Notes under the pieces: model-generated
Told to the model about the DNA's origin: nothing
What the model saw: the letters and a program-made list of their open reading frames with translations, nothing else
Databases searched by the model: none
Shown here: one piece after another, positions 40,701-51,925 of the stretch
Layout: each line of letters begins with the position of its first letter
How positions within the stretch are numbered: position 1 is the first letter of the stretch
Program-made: the position numbers and the translations under genes
From: Thalassobaculaceae bacterium
GTDB lineage: Bacteria; Pseudomonadota; Alphaproteobacteria; Thalassobaculales; Thalassobaculaceae
Length of the DNA stretch: 64,000 bases
Direction of reading: 5' to 3'
NCBI GenBank assembly: GCA_965228875.1
Contig: OZ245843.1
Location: 3,392,616 to 3,456,615 of the forward strand

Positions 40701-41588
40701 TCAGAACGCGGCCGGCGCGCCGAACCGGCTCTCCGGCAGGCCGGTCCAACCGACCTCGGCCACGAAGATGCCGCCGGCCGTCGGTTCGGCCGCCGCCTGC
40801 CCGGCCGTGAAGTTCTCGCGCGCGGTTGTGATGTAGAGCCGGTCGAGTCGGGGGCCACCGAAACAGGCGCAGGTAACCTGGCTCACCGGCAGGTCCACGC
40901 GGGCGTCGCGCCGGCCGTCCGCCAGGAACCGTTGGACCCGCGCGCCGCCGAACTGCGCATTCCACAACCCACCCTCGGCGTCCACGCAGGAACCGTCGGG
41001 CCGCCCCTCGTCTGCGCCGAGCTCGACGAACGTGCGGCGCGGGCCGGGCGGTCCGTCGGCATGGTAGACCATCCGTTCGATCGTCTTGCCGGCGGTGTCG
41101 GCGAAGTACATGAGGCCGCCACCCGGCGAGAAGGCGATGCTGTTGGCGCAGCCGACCCCGCCGAACAGCCGCTCGACCCCCGTCCCGTCATGCCGGTAGA
41201 CCGCCGAGAACGGTCGCAGGCCCTGCTCGTCCACGCCGCCGAAGACGAAGCGCCCCTGGCGGTCGACCCGGCCGTCGTTCAGGCGGGTCGTCGGTCGGTC
41301 GGCTTCCACCGGGGCGACGGCGACAAGCGCCCCTCCCTGCGCATCGAACAGCGTCAGGCCGTCCTCCATCGCCAGCAGGATGCGGTCGTCGGCGCAGAAG
41401 GCGAAACTGCCGATCCGCTTGTCGAATGGCCGGCCAATGAGGTCGCCGCCGTCGGCGTCGCAGCTCCACAGGGTACGGCCGAGGATGTCGGTCCAGTACA
41501 GCCGACCCTGCTCCGGATGCCACTGGATGCCCTCGGCCAGAGTGTTGCGGCAGTCGACCAGCAGCGAGGCCTCGATCCGCTCAGCCAT
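40701..41588 (-). CDS. SMP-30/gluconolactonase family sugar lactonase
   Basis: [39 protein letters not shown]. Confidence 0.9.
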   Translation of the reverse strand: MAERIEASLLVDCRNTLAEGIQWHPEQGRLYWTDILGRTLWSCDADGGDLIGRPFDKRIGSFAFCADDRILLAMEDGLTLFDAQGGALVAVAPVEADRPTTRLNDGRVDRQGRFVFGGVDEQGLRPFSAVYRHDGTGVERLFGGVGCANSIAFSPGGGLMYFADTAGKTIERMVYHADGPPGPRRTFVELGADEGRPDGSCVDAEGGLWNAQFGGARVQRFLADGRRDARVDLPVSQVTCACFGGPRLDRLYITTARENFTAGQAAAEPTAGGIFVAEVGWTGLPESRFGAPAAF

Positions 41589-42384
41589 CGGCGCGTCGGG
41601 TCCCGTCCGGGTTCAGATGGCCCGGCATCTCGCCGAGAATGATCATGCCGAGAACGTCGTCCTTGGAGACGTCCCGCGTGCGGACGGTGCCCACCAGCCG
41701 GCCGTTCTTCATCACGGTGAGCCGGTCGGACAGATCGAACACGTCGTGGATGTCGTGGCTGATGAGAAAGATGCCGATACGCTCCGCCTTCAGCTGCTTG
41801 ATCAGGTCGGCGACCATGCGCGTCTCCTGGACGCCGAGAGCCGCGGTGGGTTCGTCCATGATCAGGATGCGGGCGTTGAAATAGACCGCCCGGGCGATCG
41901 CGACCGACTGCCGCTGGCCGCCAGACAGCGCCGCGACCGGGTCCGCGAACTTGCGGAAGTTCGGGTTGAGCCGGCCCATGATCGCGCGGGTCTCGGCCTC
42001 CATCTTCACCTCGTCGAGCATGCCGGTCGGCGTCAGCAGCTCGCGGCCGAGGAACAGATTGGCCGCCGCGTCCAGGTTATCGGCCAGCGCCAGGGTCTGG
42101 TAGATCGTCTCGATGTGATGGGCGCGGGCGTCGCGGGCATTGCGGATGGCGGCGCGCTGGCCGTCGATGCGGATCTCGCCGCCATCGGCCTGATAGGCGC
42201 CGGAGAGCACCTTGATCAGGGTCGACTTGCCGGCCCCGTTGTGCCCGAGCAGGCCGACCACCTCGCCCGGATAGAGGTCGCAGGTAACCCCGTCGACGGC
42301 CTTCACGCCGCCGAAGGAGACGTGGATGTCGCGCATCTCGACCAGCGGCGTGGCGGTCCCGGTCATGGCGGCGGTATCGGTCAT
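41581..42384 (-). CDS. xylG: Sugar ABC transporter ATP-binding protein (single domain)
   Basis: [25 protein letters not shown]; in xylF-xylH operon. Confidence 0.85.
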   Translation of the reverse strand: MTDTAAMTGTATPLVEMRDIHVSFGGVKAVDGVTCDLYPGEVVGLLGHNGAGKSTLIKVLSGAYQADGGEIRIDGQRAAIRNARDARAHHIETIYQTLALADNLDAAANLFLGRELLTPTGMLDEVKMEAETRAIMGRLNPNFRKFADPVAALSGGQRQSVAIARAVYFNARILIMDEPTAALGVQETRMVADLIKQLKAERIGIFLISHDIHDVFDLSDRLTVMKNGRLVGTVRTRDVSKDDVLGMIILGEMPGHLNPDGTRRADG

Positions 42385-42394
42385 CGCGCCCTCC

Positions 42395-43687
42395 TCATCC
42401 CGCGACCCGGCGGCGGTAGAGCTGGTCGATCCACACCGCCAGCACCAGCACCAGGCCGATGACGATGGACTGCAGCGAGGTGTTGATGCCGATCAGCGCC
42501 ATGCCGCTCTGCAGACTCTGCATCACCAGGGCGCCCAGGACCGCGCCGTAGATCGTGCCGACCCCGCCGGCCAGCGACGTGCCGCCGATCACCGCCGCCG
42601 CGATCACCCGAAGCTCGTCCAGGGTGCCGAGGTCGTTCGCCGCCGACTGCAGCCGGGCGGAGGCGATGACCGAGGACAGCGCGCAGAGCACCCCCATGAG
42701 CATGAAGATGTACAGCGTCATCCGCCGGGTATCGATGCCGGACAGATCGGCCGCCTGCATGTTGCCGCCCATGGCGAAGACGTAGCGGCCGAACCGGGTG
42801 CGCCGCGCGACGACGGTCATGATGACCGCGACGACCGCGACGATGACGACGGGGATGGCGATGCCGTGGGCGAGATCGAACCCGCCCTCGGGAACCTCCC
42901 ATCCGCGGCGCTCGGCCAGCCGTGCCGCCGCCCGCTCGGGCACCGGATAGGCGTTCATCACCGCCACGAAACCGGCGATCGCCAGGGAGACGGCACCGAC
43001 CGTCACCCCGTCGGCCCAGAGCGGCTTGAGCGGAAAGTGGAACAGCACGCGGCGGCGGCGGGCGTTGATCGCCGCGTAGACCACCAACGCGATCATGGCG
43101 ACGGCGAACGCCCAGCTCAACGCGGCGCCGAGGGTGCCGGCGATCCCGCCGCCGAACATCACGAAGGTCGTGTCGAGCGGCGCGACGGTCCGTCCGGTGG
43201 TCGTCCACCAGGCGGCCCCCCGCCAGACCAGCAGCCCGCCGAGCGTCACGATGAAGGCGGGCACGCCGAGGTAACCGATCACCCAGCCCTGCAGGCCGCC
43301 GATCGCGGCACCGAGGGCGATGCCGGCGAGCACCGTGAGGATCCAGGTGGCCGGATGATTGAAACCGAGGACTTCCGGCAGCAGCTCGGCCTGGAGCACG
43401 CCCATCGCCATGGCGATGACCCCGAGCACCGAACCGACCGACAGATCGATATGACGGGTGACGATCACGAACACCATGCCGGTGGCCATGACCGCGACCG
43501 AGGCGGTCTGGACCGACAGGTTGAACAGGTTGCGCGGGGTCAGGAACCGGCCGCCGGTCAGCAGGTCCAGCACCACCCAGATCACCGCCAGCGCGACGAT
43601 CATTCCGAGCAGGCGGACATCCAGCTCCATCGACCGGACCAGGCCGGCGACGCCGTGTCCGGCGCGGGCTTGTCTCGTTTCGCTCAT
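42395..43687 (-). CDS. xylH: Xylose-type sugar ABC permease
   Basis: [34 protein letters not shown]. Confidence 0.88.
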   Translation of the reverse strand: MSETRQARAGHGVAGLVRSMELDVRLLGMIVALAVIWVVLDLLTGGRFLTPRNLFNLSVQTASVAVMATGMVFVIVTRHIDLSVGSVLGVIAMAMGVLQAELLPEVLGFNHPATWILTVLAGIALGAAIGGLQGWVIGYLGVPAFIVTLGGLLVWRGAAWWTTTGRTVAPLDTTFVMFGGGIAGTLGAALSWAFAVAMIALVVYAAINARRRRVLFHFPLKPLWADGVTVGAVSLAIAGFVAVMNAYPVPERAAARLAERRGWEVPEGGFDLAHGIAIPVVIVAVVAVIMTVVARRTRFGRYVFAMGGNMQAADLSGIDTRRMTLYIFMLMGVLCALSSVIASARLQSAANDLGTLDELRVIAAAVIGGTSLAGGVGTIYGAVLGALVMQSLQSGMALIGINTSLQSIVIGLVLVLAVWIDQLYRRRVAG

Positions 43688-43700
43688 CTGGCTCTTTCCC

Positions 43701-43748
43701 GGCGGTGTTCGCGGCGGTCTACGTGGCGGCCTACGTGGCGACCTTCGT
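43701..43748. repeat. 4 x 12-bp degenerate tandem repeat just upstream of xylH
   Basis: GGCGGTGTTCGC/GGCGGTCTACGT/GGCGGCCTACGT/GGCGACCTTCGT. Confidence 0.7.
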
Positions 43749-43757
43749 TTCGGACCC

Positions 43758-43782
43758 GGCGGCCCGGATACACCGGGCCGCC
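43758..43782 (-). terminator. Intercistronic hairpin after xylF
   Basis: GGCGGCCCGG-ataca-CCGGGCCGCC perfect 10-bp stem. Confidence 0.6.
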
Positions 43783-43793
43783 GTCGCGTGGCA

Positions 43794-44846
43794 TCAGTCG
43801 CAGGCGGCGACCGACCCGCCCGCAACGCCCTTGCAGACCACGTCCTTCGACACCCAGCCGGCGTCGATGACCACGTTCAGGTTGTCGCGGGTGATCGGCA
43901 CCGGCGCCAGGAACAGGGAATGGAGCTTCCTGCCGCTCGGGCTGGTCCAAAGCTCGCTCCCCTCGATCTCCGCCATCCGGTCGCCCTTGGACAGCGCCAC
44001 GGCGATCTCCGCCGCCTTGCGGCCGAGGTCGCGCGCATCCTTCCACACCGACACGGTCTGGGTGCCGAGCGCGACCCGGTTCAGCGCCGCGTGGTCTCCG
44101 TCCTGGCCGGATACCGGAATGCCCTCCATGCCCTGGGCGGTCAGCGCGGCGACGACGCCGCCGGCGGTGCCGTCATTCGAGGCGACCACCGCGTCGACCT
44201 TGTTGTCGTTGGCGGTGAGGATCTGCTCCATGTTGCGCTGGGCGTTGGCCGGCAGCCAGCCGTCCGTGTACTGCTCGCCGACGACCTTGATGTCGCCCTT
44301 GTCGATCGCCGCCTGGACGATCTCCAACTGGCCGCCATGCAGGAAGTCGGCGTTCGGATCCTGCGGGCTGCCCTTGATGAAGACGTAATTGCCGGTCGGC
44401 TGGGCGGCGAACACCGCGCGCGCCTGCATACGGCCGACCTCGACATTGTCGAAGGTAATGTAAAAGGCGTCCGGATCCTCGATCAGCCGGTCGTAGCCGA
44501 TCACCGGAATGCCCTCGGCGGCGGCCTGTCGAACGGCGGGCCCGATGGCCGACGCGTCCTGGGCCAGAATGATCAGCGCGGTCGCGCCCCGGGCGATCAG
44601 GTTCTCGACGTCGGAAAGCTGCTTGGCGGTCGAGCTCTGCGCGTCGGTGGAGATGTACTCGGCTCCGGCCGAGTCGAGCGCCGCCTTGATCGCCGCCTCG
44701 TCGGTCTTCCACCGCTCCTCCTGGAAATTCGACCAGCTCACGCCGACGACCACGTCGGCGGCACTGGCGACCGGGGGCGCGGCCAACGCGGTCATGCCGG
44801 CGGCCAACGCCAGTCCGGCGATGCGTGTAACCCAAGTGCGTGTCAT
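43794..44846 (-). CDS. xylF: D-xylose ABC substrate-binding protein
   Basis: [38 protein letters not shown]; signal peptide. Confidence 0.9.
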   Translation of the reverse strand: MTRTWVTRIAGLALAAGMTALAAPPVASAADVVVGVSWSNFQEERWKTDEAAIKAALDSAGAEYISTDAQSSTAKQLSDVENLIARGATALIILAQDASAIGPAVRQAAAEGIPVIGYDRLIEDPDAFYITFDNVEVGRMQARAVFAAQPTGNYVFIKGSPQDPNADFLHGGQLEIVQAAIDKGDIKVVGEQYTDGWLPANAQRNMEQILTANDNKVDAVVASNDGTAGGVVAALTAQGMEGIPVSGQDGDHAALNRVALGTQTVSVWKDARDLGRKAAEIAVALSKGDRMAEIEGSELWTSPSGRKLHSLFLAPVPITRDNLNVVIDAGWVSKDVVCKGVAGGSVAACD

Positions 44847-44910
44847 CAGTTTCGCTCCCTGCAAGGGCGCGGGCGGCTTCTTTCTGACCCGTCGCCCGGT
44901 CCGGTCCGAT

Positions 44911-44931
44911 TTATTTCGGACTTCAAAATTA
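44911..44931. promoter_or_regulatory. ROK (NagC/Mlc-type) operator candidate
   Basis: TTATTT-N9-AAATTA in the divergent xylF/SDR intergenic region. Confidence 0.7.
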
Positions 44932-44991
44932 TCTTGTCGGAACCGAGGGCGGCGGTCAATACTCATTGACGCAATGATTGAGAAGCTCCGG

Positions 44992-45774
44992 ATGACCCGC
45001 CCCATCGCCGCCTCCCCCGCCGTCTACCGAGACCTCGAGAACCGCTCCGTCTTCGTCTCCGGCGGCGCCACGGGGATCGGGGCGGCCATCGTCACCCTGT
45101 TCGCCCGCCAGGGCAGCGCCGTCACCTTCGTCGACATCGACGAGGAGGCCGGCGTCGCGCTCGTCGAGAGGGTCGCCGACGACTGCGGCAACCGCCCGGC
45201 GTTCGTCGCCTGCGACGTCACTCACTGCGAGGCGCTGAAAGTCGCCGTCGAGTCCGCTGCCCGGCCGGACGGCACGCTGTCGGTCCTGGTGAACAACGCC
45301 GCGCGCGACCTGCGGGTGCCGGCGGGCGACGTCACCCCTGAAATCTGGGACGATCTGGTCGCGGTGAACCTCAAGCACCAGTTCTTCGCCGCCCAGGCCG
45401 CCCGCCCGCTGATGGCGAAGGCCGGCGGCGGATCGATCATCAATTTCGGATCCATCGCCCCGTGGATCGCCGTTCCCGATCTGGCGGTCTACTCGTCGTG
45501 CAAGGCGGCGGCTTTCGGCCTTACCCGGTCGCTCGCCCGCGATTTCGGGGTCGACGGGATCCGCGTCAACTCGCTGCTGCCCGGCGCCATCCTGACGGAG
45601 CGTCAGCGCCGCGACTGGATCTCCGAGGAGGACCGCATCGCGATCCACGGTCGCCAATGCCTGAAGCGCGACATGGTGGAGGAGGATGTCGCCGAGATGG
45701 TGCTCTTCCTCGCCTCCGACGCGTCGCGCGGCTGCACCGGCCAGGAGTTCCGGGTCGACGGCGGAAACCTCTGA
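44992..45774 (+). CDS. SDR oxidoreductase, D-xylose 1-dehydrogenase-like
   Basis: [26 protein letters not shown], YxxxK (YSSCK), TERQ...QCLK features of oxidative pentose dehydrogenases. Confidence 0.8.
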   Translation: MTRPIAASPAVYRDLENRSVFVSGGATGIGAAIVTLFARQGSAVTFVDIDEEAGVALVERVADDCGNRPAFVACDVTHCEALKVAVESAARPDGTLSVLVNNAARDLRVPAGDVTPEIWDDLVAVNLKHQFFAAQAARPLMAKAGGGSIINFGSIAPWIAVPDLAVYSSCKAAAFGLTRSLARDFGVDGIRVNSLLPGAILTERQRRDWISEEDRIAIHGRQCLKRDMVEEDVAEMVLFLASDASRGCTGQEFRVDGGNL

Positions 45775-45783
45775 GCCCCGTCG

Positions 45784-47355
45784 ATGTCGGAACCGGCCCA
45801 GCCCGGCGACCGGCCGCATGCCGAGGTCGCGGTCTCGATCGACACGGTGCTCCGGTCTCTCCGGGCCGGCCGTACGGTCGAAGCGGCGGCCCTTGCCGAA
45901 ACGCTGGTCGCCCGATACCCGGACCGGGCGCCGGCGTGGGAGGTCCTCGCCGCCTGCCGTCACGGCTCCGACGCCGGTGCCGCCGCCGCGACCCGCGCTC
46001 AGCTTCTGCGGCCGGCCTCGCCCCATGCCATGGGCGTCCTGTACGATCGCGACCGTCACGTTCATCCGCGCCGGGCGGTCCGCCACCTGCTGCGCGCCCT
46101 GGCCGTGCGGCCGACCGACGGCGCGCTCTGGCACGCGCTGGCCGCCGTCCTGCGCGCGCTGCCGACGGCCCCGCCGCGCAGCAGCCCGCAGCGCCGGCCG
46201 GCGATTCTCGACCCGGGCCGCGCGCAAGCCTGGACGCTGGTCGGCGATTGGGCCACGGGAGCCGGAGATGCCGACGGCGCGGTGTGCGCCTACCGACGTG
46301 CCGCCGTCCTGGCGCCGGACGATCCCGGCCCGGTCTACAGCATCGCGATCGTCGCCCCCGCGGCGGTGCCGTCCGACCTTAGGAACCATATCGCCCGCCG
46401 CGCCGAAAGCGGCGCGCTGCGGGACCGGTCGCTCGAGCTCGCCGCCTTCGCGCTCGGCCTCTGCGACGATCACGATGGCGCGGTCGACCCGGCGTTTCGC
46501 TGGTTCGCCATCGGCAACGCCGCCCGACGGCGACAGGTGCCCCCGCTCAACGACAACAACGCGCGTCTGCTAGAATTGACCCTGTCGGCAGGTCTACCCG
46601 TCCCGCGCGACCGCGAGATCCGCGCCGGCGATCCCGCCACCCCGGTCTTCGTCGTCGGCCTTCCCGGTTCGGGCACGACGCTTCTGGACAGCATGCTGGC
46701 CATGCATCCGCTGGTCGCCAGTGCCGGCGAGCTGCCGTATCTCGCGCGCGCCGCGCAGGCGGTGCCGGATTACCCCAGGGGCCTGGAACGGGTGCCGCCC
46801 GACACCCTGGACGCCATCGCCGGCGAGTACCTGACCGCCGCCCTCGGCCAGGTGTCCGACAGCCCCCGCCTGATCGTCGACAAGATGCCGACCAACTTCG
46901 GCTTCGTGGGGCTGATCCGATCCCTGTTCCCGTCGGCTGCGATCCTGTGGCTGCTGCGCCATCCCATGGCCGTCGGCTGGTCGCTGTTCCGCCGGCGCTT
47001 CGAGAGCGGCAACACCTTCGCCTTCGGCCTCGCCGACATCGCCGACTACATCGCCCTGCACGACCAGTATCTCCGCCATTGGCGCGACCGGTTGCCGGGC
47101 GCCGTCCTGCCGGTACGATTCGAGGCCCTGGTCGGCGACCCGGAAGGCACGCTGCGGGAGGTCCTCGCGCATCTCGGGCTGGCCTGGGATCCGGCCTGTC
47201 TGGCCTTTCACCGCTCCGGCCGGCGGGTGGCTACGGCAAGCGCGATCAGCGTCCGCAATGCGCCGGACCGTCGCCGCATCGACGACTGGCGCCGCTACGA
47301 GCACCATCTGGAACCGCTGCGACAGGCACTGCGGGCGCGCGGCGCGATCGAGTGA
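45784..47355 (+). CDS. TPR-like N-terminus plus sulfotransferase domain protein
   Basis: PVFVVGLPGSGTT, DKMPTN, RHP, TAS..VR, WRRY. Confidence 0.8.
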   Translation: MSEPAQPGDRPHAEVAVSIDTVLRSLRAGRTVEAAALAETLVARYPDRAPAWEVLAACRHGSDAGAAAATRAQLLRPASPHAMGVLYDRDRHVHPRRAVRHLLRALAVRPTDGALWHALAAVLRALPTAPPRSSPQRRPAILDPGRAQAWTLVGDWATGAGDADGAVCAYRRAAVLAPDDPGPVYSIAIVAPAAVPSDLRNHIARRAESGALRDRSLELAAFALGLCDDHDGAVDPAFRWFAIGNAARRRQVPPLNDNNARLLELTLSAGLPVPRDREIRAGDPATPVFVVGLPGSGTTLLDSMLAMHPLVASAGELPYLARAAQAVPDYPRGLERVPPDTLDAIAGEYLTAALGQVSDSPRLIVDKMPTNFGFVGLIRSLFPSAAILWLLRHPMAVGWSLFRRRFESGNTFAFGLADIADYIALHDQYLRHWRDRLPGAVLPVRFEALVGDPEGTLREVLAHLGLAWDPACLAFHRSGRRVATASAISVRNAPDRRRIDDWRRYEHHLEPLRQALRARGAIE

Positions 47356-47484
47356 CCGGCACGCCCCAACTGGAGTCTGGTCGCCACCGGCGGTTGCGTG
47401 TAGTGAAACCGCTCGGAGAAATGACGGAACCGTCGGCATGACCGACGGACACCACAGAGACATCGCCTGCGGGGAGGCAGCGGC

Positions 47485-48384
47485 ATGAAACACAATCTCG
47501 ATCGGGCGCTTTCGGGCATTTCCGGCATCCTGGTGACTCCCTACGACGCGTCCGGGGACATCGCACCGGACAAACTCGCCCCCATCGTCGACCGGGTGCT
47601 CGGCGCCGGCGTCCACATGCCGGTGGTGAACGGCAATACGGGCGAGTTCTACGCGCTGACCACCGACGAGGCCTGCACCATGGTGCGGGAGGTTGCCGGC
47701 CTGGTCGGCGACCGGGCACCGCTGCTCGCCGGCGTCGGCCGCGGCATCCGCGACGCCTGCCGCCTGGCCCGGGAATCGGCGGAGGCCGGAGCGACGGCGC
47801 TGATGATCCACCAGCCGCCGGACCCGTTCGTCGCCCCGCGCGGGATCGTCGACTACGTGCGCGCCGTCTCCGACGCCGCCGATGGCCTGCCGATCATGCT
47901 CTACCTGCGCAACGACGCGATCGGCACGAAGGCGATCGCCGAGCTTTGCGGCCTTCCCGGCGTCAAGGGCGTCAAGTGGGCGACGCCGAACCCGATGAAG
48001 CTGGCCGAGGCGATGGCGGCGTGCGACCCGTCGATCACCTGGGTCGGTGGCCTCGCCGAAGTCTGGGCGCCGCCGTTCTACGCGGTCGGCGCGCGCGGGT
48101 TCACCTCGGGTCTCATCAATGTCTGGCCGGAACGCTCGGTCGCGATCCACGCCGCCCTCGACTCCGGAGACTACGCCGCCGCCGGCACCCTGATCGCCGG
48201 CATGCGCGCCTTCGAGGACATCCGCGCGGAGGAGTTGAACGGTACCAACGTCACCGGCGTGAAGGCGGCGCTTCAGGCGCTCGGCATGGATTGCGGCCCG
48301 ACGCGTGCGCCCTCCGCCTGGCCGCTCAGCGCGGCGCAGCAGGAGCGGTTGCAGGCGTTCCTGAAGGCGAACGGTCTGATCTGA
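47485..48384 (+). CDS. Dihydrodipicolinate synthase/N-acetylneuraminate lyase family protein
   Basis: NGNTGEF, MLY, Schiff-base Lys in GVKWA; GGAGG RBS. Confidence 0.88.
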   Translation: MKHNLDRALSGISGILVTPYDASGDIAPDKLAPIVDRVLGAGVHMPVVNGNTGEFYALTTDEACTMVREVAGLVGDRAPLLAGVGRGIRDACRLARESAEAGATALMIHQPPDPFVAPRGIVDYVRAVSDAADGLPIMLYLRNDAIGTKAIAELCGLPGVKGVKWATPNPMKLAEAMAACDPSITWVGGLAEVWAPPFYAVGARGFTSGLINVWPERSVAIHAALDSGDYAAAGTLIAGMRAFEDIRAEELNGTNVTGVKAALQALGMDCGPTRAPSAWPLSAAQQERLQAFLKANGLI

Positions 48385-48459
48385 AGGCCGGTCTGAGGGG
48401 ACGACCCGGATACGGAACGGCGGCGCCGGATCTTCGCCGCCCGACCGTACCGGCCGCGC

Positions 48460-49233
48460 TCAGCGTTCGACGAACGCCTTCTCGATCACGTAGCTGCCGG
48501 GGGCGGCGTTGTTGCCCATGGAGAAGCCCAGCCCCTCGACCCAGTCCGTCATCTCGTCCAGCATCGCCGGGCTGCCGCACAGCATCATGCGGTCGCTCTG
48601 CGGGTGCAGCGGCTCGAGGCCGAGGTCCTGGAACAGCCGGCCCTGACGCATCAGGTCGCTGATCCGCCCGCGCGGATCGAAATCCTCGCGGGTCACGGTC
48701 GGATAGTAGGAGAACTTCTCACGCACCTGGTCGCCGACCAGCGGGTGGTCCATCAGGTCGTTGCGCAGCAGATCGCCATAGGCGAGCTCGGACGCGTAGC
48801 GACAGCCATGGGCGAGCACCACACGGTCGAACTTGTCGTACACTGCCGGGTCCTTGACCAGCGACAGGAACGGCGCCAGGCCGGTACCGGTCGACAGCAT
48901 GTACAGCACCTTGCCCGGCAGCAGGTTCTCGACCAGCAGCGTCCCGGTGGGCTTGGCGCCGACCAGAACCGTGTCGCCCACCGACAGGTGCTGCAGCCGC
49001 GAGGTCAGCGGCCCGTCCGGCACCTTGATGCTGAAGAACTCCAGGTCCTCGTCGTAGTTGGCGCTCGCCATGGAATAGGCGCGGACCAGCGGCTTGCCGT
49101 CGATCTCGAGCCCGATCATCGTGAACTGACCGTTCTCGAACCGGAAGGACGGATCCCGCGTGGTGCGGAAGCTGAACAGGGTGTCGGTCCAGTGGTGCAC
49201 GTCCAACACGGTTTCGGTTCGGAATGCGCTCAT
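48460..49233 (-). CDS. fpr: Ferredoxin(flavodoxin)-NADP+ reductase
   Basis: RAYSMAS, SIKVPDGPLTSRL, STGTGLAPF, CGSP, C-terminal EKAFVER. Confidence 0.95.
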   Translation of the reverse strand: MSAFRTETVLDVHHWTDTLFSFRTTRDPSFRFENGQFTMIGLEIDGKPLVRAYSMASANYDEDLEFFSIKVPDGPLTSRLQHLSVGDTVLVGAKPTGTLLVENLLPGKVLYMLSTGTGLAPFLSLVKDPAVYDKFDRVVLAHGCRYASELAYGDLLRNDLMDHPLVGDQVREKFSYYPTVTREDFDPRGRISDLMRQGRLFQDLGLEPLHPQSDRMMLCGSPAMLDEMTDWVEGLGFSMGNNAAPGSYVIEKAFVER

Positions 49234-49446
49234 CGACAACCTCGCATCGTTCGACCGCGTCCGCCCGCTGGACCGACGCCGCATGTGCTCTTCGCGGAGC
49301 ACAATAAGGACGGCACCGCGGAAATCCATTGATTTCAATCAACTCGATTCAGAAAGAACGGCGCTGTCACGCGGCCGCGAATAAGGCGACAGATCCGGTC
49401 CGACGCCCCGGCGCAACGGACAGGAGCGTTCCCTCCGGGTCAACCG

Positions 49447-51057
49447 TCAGGCGAAGCTGATCTCCCGATAGCCGCCGGCCGCAACGGCATCGCAGCGCTC
49501 GCGATAGGCGACCGCGCTGCCGCTGTAGCGCGCCAGGATCCTCTCGGTCTTGCCGTCGACATTGCGGTTGACCCCGGTCATCCAGGAGTCGACCTCGTTG
49601 GCGAGCAGGCCCTCGCCGGCCCGGCGCACGGTCTCCGTCCAGTCGGCCACGCCGGCCGCGGTGGCGTCGGCCCGCGACAGGTCCCGCTCCACCATGTGTC
49701 CGATCAGGCCGGTTACCCAGTCGACATTGTATTCGATGCTGCGGGGAATGTTGCCGAGCGCGGTGTGCGGGCCGACCAGCATGAACATGTTGGGGAAACC
49801 GTCGACCATCACGCCGAGGAACGTCTCCGGTCCCCGCTTCCACCGATCCCTCAACGCCGATCCGCCGGCGCCGCGGATGTCGATGCGGTCGAAACTGCCG
49901 GTGATCGCGTCGAAGCCGGTCGCGTAGACAATCATGTCGACCTCGAAGGCCTCCGCCGCGGTCTCCAGGCCGACCGGCGTGATCCGCTCGATCGGCGTGG
50001 CCAGGGCGTCGACCAGCCTCACGTTCGGCTGGTTGTAGACCTCGTAGTACCGGGTCTCGAGCGGGACGCGGCGGGTGCCGAAGCCGTGATCCGTGGGGAT
50101 CAGCAGGTCGGCGAGGCCCGGATCGGCGACCCGCTCGCGGATCTTGCGGGCGACGAAGTCCGAGAGCAGACGGTTCGCCTCGCGGTCGGTCAGGACGTCG
50201 CGGAAGTTTCCCTGCCAGATGCCGAAACCGGGCTCGCGGTAGCGCCGCTCCCAGAACGCCTCGCGCTCCTCGGCGGAGACTTCGAGGGCACTGCGTGGAT
50301 CGGGAGTGTGCAGGAAGCAGGCGAAGGTCTCGCGGCAACGCTGGAACAGTTCCGGGTAGCGCGCCTTCAGCGCCGGCTGCTCGTCGGGCGCGATGGGGGC
50401 GTTGTGCAGTGGCGCGCACCAGTTGGGCCGGCGCTGGAACACGGTCAGGGTCGCCGCCGTCTTCGCCACCTCCTGGATGGTCTGGACCCCGGTGGCGCCG
50501 GTCCCGATCACCGCCACCCGCTTGCCCTCGAAGCTCACCGGCTCATGGGGCCAGCGTCCGGTGTGGAACGCCTCGCCGCGGAACGAACCGATGCCGTCGA
50601 TCCGCGGCAGGGTCGGCGCGGAGAGCGGCCCGACCGCAGTGACGAGGAACCGGGCGGAGGCCCGCTCGCCGCTCTCGAGCGTCACGGTCCAGCGGCGGTC
50701 CGCCTCGTCGAAACGTGCGGCGGCGATCCGGGACGAGAAGCGGATGTCCCGGCGCAGGTCGAACCGGTCGGCGACATGGTTGAGATACCGCAGCGTCTCC
50801 GGCTGGCCGGCGAAATGCTCCGACCAGTCCCATTCCTCCAGCAGGTCCGGATCGAAGGAGTAGGCGTAGGTATAGCTCTCGGAGTCGAAACGGGCGCCGG
50901 GATAACGGTTCCAGTACCACGTACCGCCGACGCCGGTGCCCGCCTCGAACACCGCGACCCGCAGGCCGAGCCGCCGCAGCCTGAGCAGCTGGTACATGCC
51001 GGAGATGCCGGCGCCGATGATGATGACGTCGAGGTCGTCGGAGGGCGATGCGGTCAT
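49447..51057 (-). CDS. Type I Baeyer-Villiger monooxygenase
   Basis: GAGISG, GGTWYWNRYPG, fingerprint FRGEAFHTGRWP, GTGATG, ATGF. Confidence 0.93.
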   Translation of the reverse strand: MTASPSDDLDVIIIGAGISGMYQLLRLRRLGLRVAVFEAGTGVGGTWYWNRYPGARFDSESYTYAYSFDPDLLEEWDWSEHFAGQPETLRYLNHVADRFDLRRDIRFSSRIAAARFDEADRRWTVTLESGERASARFLVTAVGPLSAPTLPRIDGIGSFRGEAFHTGRWPHEPVSFEGKRVAVIGTGATGVQTIQEVAKTAATLTVFQRRPNWCAPLHNAPIAPDEQPALKARYPELFQRCRETFACFLHTPDPRSALEVSAEEREAFWERRYREPGFGIWQGNFRDVLTDREANRLLSDFVARKIRERVADPGLADLLIPTDHGFGTRRVPLETRYYEVYNQPNVRLVDALATPIERITPVGLETAAEAFEVDMIVYATGFDAITGSFDRIDIRGAGGSALRDRWKRGPETFLGVMVDGFPNMFMLVGPHTALGNIPRSIEYNVDWVTGLIGHMVERDLSRADATAAGVADWTETVRRAGEGLLANEVDSWMTGVNRNVDGKTERILARYSGSAVAYRERCDAVAAGGYREISFA

Positions 51058-51109
51058 GACCCGTCAACCAAAGCAGGCCGCCGGTAGATCGGCAAGGCGT
51101 GGAATCGCG

Positions 51110-51925
51110 CTACTCGGAGAACCGGTGATCCATCGACAGGGCCGGCTGGTCGCAGTTGCTGCCGCGCACCACCTTGGCCGGAACGCCGGCGACGGTGCAG
51201 TGCGGCGGCACGTCGCTGAGCACCACGCTGCCGGCGCCGACGCGGGAGCATTCGCCGACCTCGATGTTGCCGAGAATCGTCGCCGACGCGCCGAGCAGGG
51301 CGCCGCGTCGGATCTTCGGGTGCCGGTCGCCGGTCTCCTTGCCGGTTCCGCCGAGGGTGACGTTGTGCAGCATCGACACCTCGTCCTCGATCACCGCCGT
51401 CTCGCCCACCACGACGGCGGTCGCGTGGTCGATCATGATGCCGCGCCCGATCCGGGCAGCGGGGTGGATGTCGACCGCATAGACTTCGGCGATGCGCGAC
51501 TGCAGGTAGAGGGCCAGCGCCTGGCGTCCGTGTCCCCACAGCCAGTGGGCCACGCGGTAGCCCTGGATCGCCTGGAAGCCCTTGAAGTAGAGAAACGGCT
51601 CGAGATAGCTGGTGCAGGCCGGGTCGCGCTCGAACACGGCCGACAGGTCGGCCCGAACCGCGGCTCCCACCGTCTCGTCACCGTGCACCGCCTGATCTAT
51701 GGTCTGGCGCAGGGACAGACCGGTGATCGCGGCCGATCCGAGCTTCTGCGAGAGATGATAGGCGAGCGCATGCTCCAGCGTGTCGTGTGCGAGCACCGTG
51801 GCATGCAGGAAGCTGGCGAGTGCCGGCTCGCCATCGGCGGTGCGCTGCGCGTCCTCGCGCAACGACGACCAGATCGGATCGAGATCCGGCGAAGCCGCGC
51901 GGCGCGGCCCTGTCAGTTCCGGCAT
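51110..51925 (-). CDS. cysE: Serine O-acetyltransferase
   Basis: ERDPAC, FKGF, VDIHPAA, IDHAT, TLGGTGKETGDRHPK. Confidence 0.96.
   Translation of the reverse strand: MPELTGPRRAASPDLDPIWSSLREDAQRTADGEPALASFLHATVLAHDTLEHALAYHLSQKLGSAAITGLSLRQTIDQAVHGDETVGAAVRADLSAVFERDPACTSYLEPFLYFKGFQAIQGYRVAHWLWGHGRQALALYLQSRIAEVYAVDIHPAARIGRGIMIDHATAVVVGETAVIEDEVSMLHNVTLGGTGKETGDRHPKIRRGALLGASATILGNIEVGECSRVGAGSVVLSDVPPHCTVAGVPAKVVRGSNCDQPALSMDHRFSE

Noticed and set aside
48460..51925. cysE-BVMO-fpr as one functional pathway
   Set aside because: Co-oriented, but fpr is separated by a 213-bp promoter-like gap and there is no motif evidence of a shared pathway
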